This document shows, piece by piece, positions 57,101-64,000 of a stretch of 64,000 nucleotides of DNA. This stretch comes from Bugula neritina (lineage: Eukaryota; Animalia; Bryozoa): contig OZ037767.1 of NCBI GenBank assembly GCA_964035545.1, positions 21,282,628-21,346,627 on the forward strand. The letters are read 5' to 3'. The notes beneath the pieces are model-generated. The model did not search any database and was not told the origin of the DNA. It was given only the letters and a program-made list of their open reading frames with translations. A program made the translations under genes and the position numbers. Numbering within the stretch: position 1 is the stretch's first letter; each line of letters begins with the position of its first letter.

Positions 57101-60100
57101 ATGAAGGCGATAAAGTCAACTACATAGAATGGCTATCTAAGTTGGGAGTTGATGTACAGCCTGGTGACATCACGGGACTCAGCACACAGATCTTCAACTC
57201 TCACAATACAGAGTTAGACAAGCGATATCACGATCAACTCTCCAGGTTCGTAGCTACAAGTGTCGTACAGTCAGTTACATAAGTGTTGTATAGTCAGTTA
57301 CGGAGGTGTCATACAGTCAGTTGCAGAGGTATCATACAGTCAGTTACATGAGTGTTGTTTAGTTAGCTACAGAGGTGCCATGCAGTCAGTTACAGAGGTA
57401 TCATACAGTCAGCTACATGAGTGTTGTATAGTCAGTTACAGAGGTATCATACAGTCAATTACAGAGGTGTCTTGCAGTCAGTTGCAGAGGTATCATACTC
57501 ATTTTGATTTATTTTTGCTCAACTTCTATCCCCTCACCCACAGACATGTTGAGACCGACAAGAATCTACTGGACAGGACGGCTTTCATGACTCCAGAGGA
57601 GGTGCTCATACGTCTGCGTGACAGAATGTTGCAGCACAAGAAGAGTATCCGCGATGCCTTCCTTCTCTTTGACAAGAAAAATTCCGGAAAAATTTCCAAA
57701 AAAGACTTCAGACAGGTAAGTTATCTACTCGTGAAAGAAATCTAAATTTGATTTAAAGAATTTACAAGTTCTACTACTTTTAACTAGTAAATTGATTGGG
57801 AGTAAAATAGGCGAGTGTTTCACAAAAGGGTCTTGTTACAAGGAACTATGGGATTATTATTGTCACTGTTTCGTGCTATTCTGATAATTAATATTATTTA
57901 ATAATAATACTTTATAATAATGAGGTTTCAGTATAAGTTGATACACTGTATGTGTGTATTGTGTATGTGTGTATTGTGTATGTGTGTACTGTGTATGTGT
58001 GTACTGTGTATGTGTGTACTGTGTATGTGTGTACTGTGTATGTCTGTACTGTGTATGTCTGTACTGTGTATGTGTGTGTGTACTGTGTATGTGTGTACTG
58101 TGTATGTGTGCACTGTGTATGTGTGTGTGTACCGTGTGTGTGTACTGTGTATGTGTGTACTGTGTATGTGTGTACTGTGTGTGTGTACTGTGTATGTGTG
58201 TATTGTGTATGTCTATACTGTGTATGTCTATACTGTGTATGTGTGTACTGTGTATGTGTGTACTGTGTATGTGTGTACTGTGTATGTGTGTACTGTGTAT
58301 GTGTGTACTTTATTACTTATACAGGTTCTTGTACAACAAGGCATGTTGTTGGATGATGAGATGTTCTCCCAAGTCTGCAATTTGCTCAACTTTCACAGAG
58401 GTGAGTTAGTTATGCTACAGAGGTGGGTCAGTTATACTACAGAGGTAAGTTAGTTATACTACAAAGGTGAGTCAGTTATACTACAGAGATGAGTTAGTTA
58501 TACTACAGAGGTGAGTTAGTTATACTACAGAGGTGAGTCAGTTATACTACAGATGTGAGTCAGTTATACTACAGAGGTGAGTTAGTTATACTACAGAGGT
58601 GAGTCAGTCATACTACAGAGGTGAGTTAGTTATACTACAGAGGTGAGTCAGTTATACTACAAAGGTGAGTCAGTTATACTACAGAGGTGGGTCAGTTATA
58701 CTACAGAGGTGAGTTAGTTATACTACAGAGGTGAGTTAGTTATACTACAGAGGTGAGTCAGTCATACTACAGAGGTGAGTCAGTCATACTACAGAGGTGA
58801 GTTAGTTATACTACAGAGGTGAGTTAGTTATACTACAGAGGTGAGTTAGTTATACTACAGAGGTGAGTCAGTTATACTACAGAGGTGAGTTAGTTATACT
58901 ACAGAGGTGAATCAGTTATACTATAGAGGTGAGTCAGTTATACTACAGAGGGCGAGGAAATCATGACAGTCTGTAAGTTAGTGTTGTATATTGTTATTGA
59001 CTTGAATAACTGTACGAGTCATGTGCTGCCCTCTAGTGGAGTTTCACGCTGTCAACAGGTTACATGGACTACTATTCCTTCATTACGTCATTTGACGTGC
59101 CAAAAGATCAGCAAGGCAGCATCATGAGCGACATCAAACAGTCGGGCAACCATAAGGTGTACCAGCATAGGGGAGACAATTGTGGCATGACTGCAGATGA
59201 AGCGGAGAAGAAATTACGCAGCAAACTGAGGGAGAACTTTGCAGTTGGTTTCATATATTATACTAATACACTGTATTATACTGTAATATATTATTATATG
59301 TATTGTTATATTAGGTTATATGCATGTATTATATTGTAATATACTGTATTATACAGTAATACACTGCATTATACTGTAATCTGTAACTACTATTCATGAT
59401 ATCCTAGGATTTGCGAGGGGCCTTCTATAAGTTTGATGCAGATCACAACGGGCTGGTCTCAAAGAGCGACTTTCAGAGGATGTTGGACTCGTTCATGATC
59501 ATCATGTCTGAGACAGAGTTTGAGTTACTGTGTAGCAGACTGGGGCTCACCTCTAACAAGTCTAGGATCAGCTACCATGACTTCCTTCGCAGATTCGAGA
59601 CTCTGGATACAGCAGAAGGTCATAAGGTCAGTCGCTGTTCTTTCTGATTGGTGAAATATACTATATTGTATTATACTACATCGTATTATACTACATCGTA
59701 TTATACTACATTGTATTATACTATATTGTATTATACTACATCGTATTATACTATATTGTATTATACTACATCGTATTATACTATATTGTATTATACTATA
59801 TTGTATTATACTACATCGTATTATACTACATTGTATTATACTACATTGTATCATACTACACTGTTTTATGATGACAGTGGCTAGTCTCGGACCACAAGTT
59901 CAACTACGTCCAGGAAACTCCCAACCTAACCGCAGACGAGGCCCACTCACTCATACAACAGAAAGGTCACAGGCAGTGGAAGGATCTATCCAAGGCGTTC
60001 ATCTCTCTAGACACCAACAAGAGAGGCACCATCAACAGGAAGGAGATGCGGGAGTTGTTGCACCGCTTTATTCTGCCCATGACTGACGCAGAGTTTGGTA

Positions 60101-63100
60101 AACTGTGGGCAAGGTTAGTTGGTACAGTAATATGTCACAACACTATGTCACATTACTCTGTCACATTACTATATCACATTACTCTGTCACATTACTCTGT
60201 TACATTACTACGTCACATCACTATGTCACATTACTTTGCCATTGCCCAAGGCTATTACATGCCATATTATATGCCATATTATATAGTGTTGTATTATATG
60301 CCATATTATGTAATACTGTATTAGATAATATTACATAGCATATATTGGGTATGTCCATCAGGTATGACACTGACAAGAAGGGCTATATTACCCACCAGCA
60401 GTTTCTCAACAAAATAGGAGTCAACTTTGCACCGGGAGACGATTCTGGCACCTCTAAGAAGATAGTAGACGGTAGCCTGAAGACCTTGGAGGATCACCAC
60501 GCAAATATGGTGATGAAACACGAACTGCAGACGTACAACCAGGCCACCACCGCCTTCAACATGTCCACTGAGCAGATATTCACTCAGCTAAGGTATAAAT
60601 AGACATAGTGAACATGGAGTCACAACTTTATGTCACACCTTTATTTCACAACTTTATGTGACAACTGTAACATACAGTTGTCACATACAGCTGTATGCCA
60701 CAACTACATTTTACAGTGTAGTATAATGCAAGCAGTGTAGAGGTTGTGTATGATATAGGTATTTTCTAGGATATCATCATATAATTAGTGTGTACTGGCA
60801 CTAGAGTTGAGAAGGTGATAAATGGTGAACGTTGCAGCAGTCATGCGTATTCAATGCTATGATTAACCATCCCTCTTGCAGCTGTGCAGTATAGGCTGGA
60901 GAGAAATATTCAAAACTTTAAACCTTCAATATCATATTGCATACGAATTTACCTCCCCTGATGCATTAGCTTTCACTGTTGCATGATGGTCTGTTGGTTA
61001 AAATTTCCAGAGACCGTATTAGAGAAGCTTACAGCGACATGTACAAGGCATTCAAGAAATATGACCTTGAGAAATGTGGCTATGTCAGCATGATGGATCT
61101 GAGAAAGATACTAAACGACTTCAGCTACATCCTCTCTGATGAGCAGTTTACCCAGCTTATGGTCAGGTTAGTATTCTGTGGGCACATATTACCTGCATGC
61201 TAGCAGTGTGCGATGAGTGTGATATTACATGGTAGCAGTGATGTGTGTATACTACAGTAGAAATGTAACGTGCATACTACAGTAGCAGTAATATGTGTAT
61301 ACTACAGTAACAGTAATGTATATGCTGCAGTAGCAATACTATGTATAATACAGTAACAGAGATGTGTATACTACAATAACGGTAATATTATATAGTGACT
61401 ACATGCTGTATCAATGGGAAGGTAACTCCACATTTTGCACTATTTTATTGTGTTCACTTTAAAGCTTCAGTTCAGTCCATTCTTATCTTTTAAGGGCACA
61501 TATCTTCTAATGTTCACTATTTCTATGCATTTAATGCATCTAAACCTTATGTCTGTGTACCAGCACACCTCTACATTCTTTCTTTGTCACATCTTCACAG
61601 CCCTAGCCAAGGCTCAATAGTAACCCAGTCATAATGGGAAGAAATTAGAAATGTGATTTCTTTAGGAAATAGAAAGCATTTATTCAGCCTTTTGTTATGC
61701 ATTTGCTACAACATTGTATGGTGCACAATTCATAGCTGTTTACATCCGCTGCCAGTTGATTGTTGCTAAGTAACAGTGTGGCAGCATTGGATGTGGTTCT
61801 CTAAGTTAGGTATGCATATTGACTCTTACCAGTGACTGCTCACTGTTTACTGCTATAGTCAGTCACAGTGAAAGTCACTGATAGTGAAGGTGAGTAGACA
61901 CTGGTATTAGTACTTGTTGCCTACAGGTATACATAAATTTGTGTCATTTTTTTCTTATTGGAGTTTTAGTGGGTTAGAATTTACCTACACGCATGCACGA
62001 TTTCAGCTTATTATTGTGTCAAAATGTAGTCCAATTTGATCTGTAACATTGGACTACTTCAAAATTATTATACATATGTTTTAGTATATTGCCATAAAAT
62101 AGAATTTAGAAGCAGTAGTGGAGAAGTTGAGATAACCTAAGTTCTTTAATTTTATTGTTAAGTTTTGGTTTGGGGCACCGGTTGAAATTTTTGCGAGAAC
62201 TTAACTTCTTATGCTACATTTCTAATCTAGAACACAGGCTTTTATCAATTTCTCCATTACTGTACCTACCTCTAAAATAGTTTAATAATATAAATATATT
62301 GTTTTAACTGGTGCTCTATGTTTTATATCATGTATCAATTAGACACTTTGCACAGCATGATTACATTATTATAGTAATTATTAGAATTATATTAAATGAT
62401 GTTTATTCATACTCTCTTGTAGAATTGGGTTCTCTGAGGAGACAAGTAAACTGGACTATACTAAGTTCCTTCAAGCGTTTGAAGAAGGAAGGAAGGATCA
62501 GTACGAGCCCGCACTACCTGACGTCACTCACTACAAGCACTTTGACCACCTGTCACCTGAGAAGGCTGAGGCTAAACTGATTAAATACACCACAGAGCAA
62601 TCTGCTGCCTTGACAGCGGTGAGTAATATAATATATGATAGTAGTGAGTAATATGATGGTAGTGATTAATGTAATACGATAATAATAGTGTTAATATAAT
62701 ATGATGGTAGTGAGTAATATATGATAGTAGTAAGTAATATATGATAGTAGTAAGTAATATATGATAGTAGTGAGTAATATATGATAGTAGTAAGTAATAT
62801 AATATTATAGTAGTAAGTAATATAATATTATAGTAGTGAGCAATATAATGTGTCAATAGTAATATAATATCATAGTAATGAAATATTCCAACTATGCAAG
62901 CCAGTTATTGATTTGTGTGGCATTGTCTACACATAAAGAGATGACAATTCCTCTACCAGGAATAATGTCACGTGTTATCGTAACACAGCCTGTCAAATAG
63001 ACCAGCTGTCAGCCAATAGGAGGTTATTTGATGTGTTATCTAAAGCAAATAGCAACGCTCCTATGATACAGTACAGTGCATTGTATACAGTATAGACTAT

Positions 63101-64000
63101 AGTGTCTCATGCAATTGTTTACTCGTCTCTAAGGATGCACTGCAACAGTCAGTCAATATCTTAACACTAAATGCTAGACTCACTCTGAACACAAGCAGCA
63201 CTGCTGCAGCAGCATAATATATTATATGAGGCTATAGCTCAGTTCTATACACTTGGCTGGTGAAAGGCGGTGGGCTATGGATATGCCCCGTAGTCTAGTG
63301 AGCTGTAGTAACACCGAGTCTTACTCTAGGATTAATACTGACTCTTCAACAACTCAGAATAATATAAACTTTACTAACTGTAGACTCGTGAGTGCATCGT
63401 AATTTCATGGCTTATCTAATATACACTGTATAATATATACAGTGTTTGTACAGTATATACTGTACAGCACAGTGTATGTACAGTGTACTCTCAGTATACA
63501 TACAGTATATGTACAGTGTATGTATGTAAAGTAAATTTATATGTTGTATACAGTGTATAGGTATACACTGTTTGTACAATACATGTACATTGTATGTACC
63601 ATATACTGTATATATAGTATATGTGTATATTTTATATGTATAGTATATGTAGCCCTACAGTATAAACATGTATGCTTGTATAGTAAATAAACATATTAAT
63701 AATTTTGTTCATATTTTTACACTAAAGGTAGTACTTTTTATACTTCACTCCTTGTGGCATGTGTTTGCATGTGCTAGCATGTGTTAGCATGGGCTGGCAT
63801 ATGTTGGCACGTGTTGGCATGTGCTAGCGTACACGTGTTGACATGTGCTTGCATGTGTTAAAATGTGTTGGTATGTGTTGGTATGTGTGAGATACTGACT
63901 TCAAGTTTTGTTCTTCTAGATTTTCCAAGCCATTGACAAAGATAATACAGGAAGGGTGAAGGTTGAAGATTTCCGGAGAGTTCTTGACTCTTTCTGTTTC
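51141..64000 (+). CDS. EFCAB6: EF-hand calcium-binding domain protein 6-like (multi EF-hand ciliary protein), 5' part; runs off the right edge
   Basis: About 20 in-frame exons of repeated EF-hand pairs (VSKGEFRRVLEAF, FDYNRDGRIQRHDFRKVL, FQDPQSEGNGQ, EGHKWL, FDKKNSGKISKKDFRQV, FDADHNGLVSKSDF, IDKDNTGRVKVEDFRRVLDSFCF). Start codon tentative. Confidence 0.8.
51328..51570. repeat. 17-bp intronic minisatellite (GTCACCTAGTATAGAGT)
   Basis: Direct tandem repetition. Confidence 0.95.
52022..52126. repeat. 16-bp intronic minisatellite (GTTGACTCACTGACAC)
   Basis: About 7 copies immediately upstream of the 3' splice site at ~52152. Confidence 0.9.
52739..53905. mobile_element. Non-autonomous hAT-like DNA transposon, copy B (complete, 1167 bp)
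   Basis: TIR CAGGGTTGGGGT...ACCCCAACCCTG; perfect 8-bp TSD CAGTGTAT at 52731-52738 and 53906-53913; (GTAATT)n subterminal arrays at both ends. Confidence 0.92.
53006..53645. mobile_element. Nested TIR element inside the hAT-like element
   Basis: The left end GGGTCATTCCATGCC (53006) pairs with the right end GGTATGGAATGACCC, which is intact in copy A (621-635) and eroded in copy B. Confidence 0.7.
57945..58308. repeat. 15-bp TG-rich intronic minisatellite
   Basis: TACTGTGTATGTGTG tandem copies; source of the spurious Cys/Val ORFs. Confidence 0.95.
58401..58950 (+). repeat. 22-bp minisatellite equal to 25 tandem copies of the 5' splice-site region
   Basis: Unit GTGAGT(T/C)AGTTATACTACAGAG starts exactly at the donor; 550 bp / 22 = 25 units. 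Confidence 0.95.
59023..59039 (-). promoter_or_regulatory. CTCF-like motif
   Basis: Minus strand CCACTAGAGGGCAGCAC matches the CCACYAGRKGGCRSY core. Confidence 0.4.
59655..59862. repeat. 15-bp intronic minisatellite (TATTATACTACATCG)
   Basis: Direct tandem repetition. Confidence 0.95.
62619..62860 (+). repeat. ~20-bp minisatellite repeating the GTRAGT donor
   Basis: Unit GTRAGTAATATATGATAGTA, starting at the donor at 62619. Confidence 0.85.

Noticed and set aside
47301-58950. CRISPR-like appearance of the 22-36 bp repeat arrays
   Set aside because: Units are head-to-tail with no unique spacers, there are no cas genes, and the context is eukaryotic.

Overview
AT-rich, intron-rich animal genomic DNA (invertebrate-like; species cannot be determined). 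No prokaryotic features and no CRISPR. Read by hand across GT-AG introns, it holds two tandem COLGALT/GT25 procollagen galactosyltransferase-like genes (minus strand, one running off the left edge), a membrane-anchored CREB3L/CrebA bZIP factor (-), CYB5R4 (+), NSUN5 (-), GMPS (+) and the 5' part of an EFCAB6-like ciliary EF-hand gene (+) preceded by an RFX X-box. Mobile DNA: a fold-back mariner with perfect 206-bp arms, two copies of a composite hAT-like element carrying a nested insert, and several MITEs. The most striking unexplained pattern is that many introns carry their own private minisatellite, and in many the repeat unit is built from that intron's own splice signals. Examples are 25 tandem copies of a 5' splice site, 8 copies of TACTAAC+YAG, and 5-6 copies of a 3' splice site. 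Most long ORFs in the supplied track are artefacts of these satellites. Exon coordinates are manual inferences without transcript evidence.
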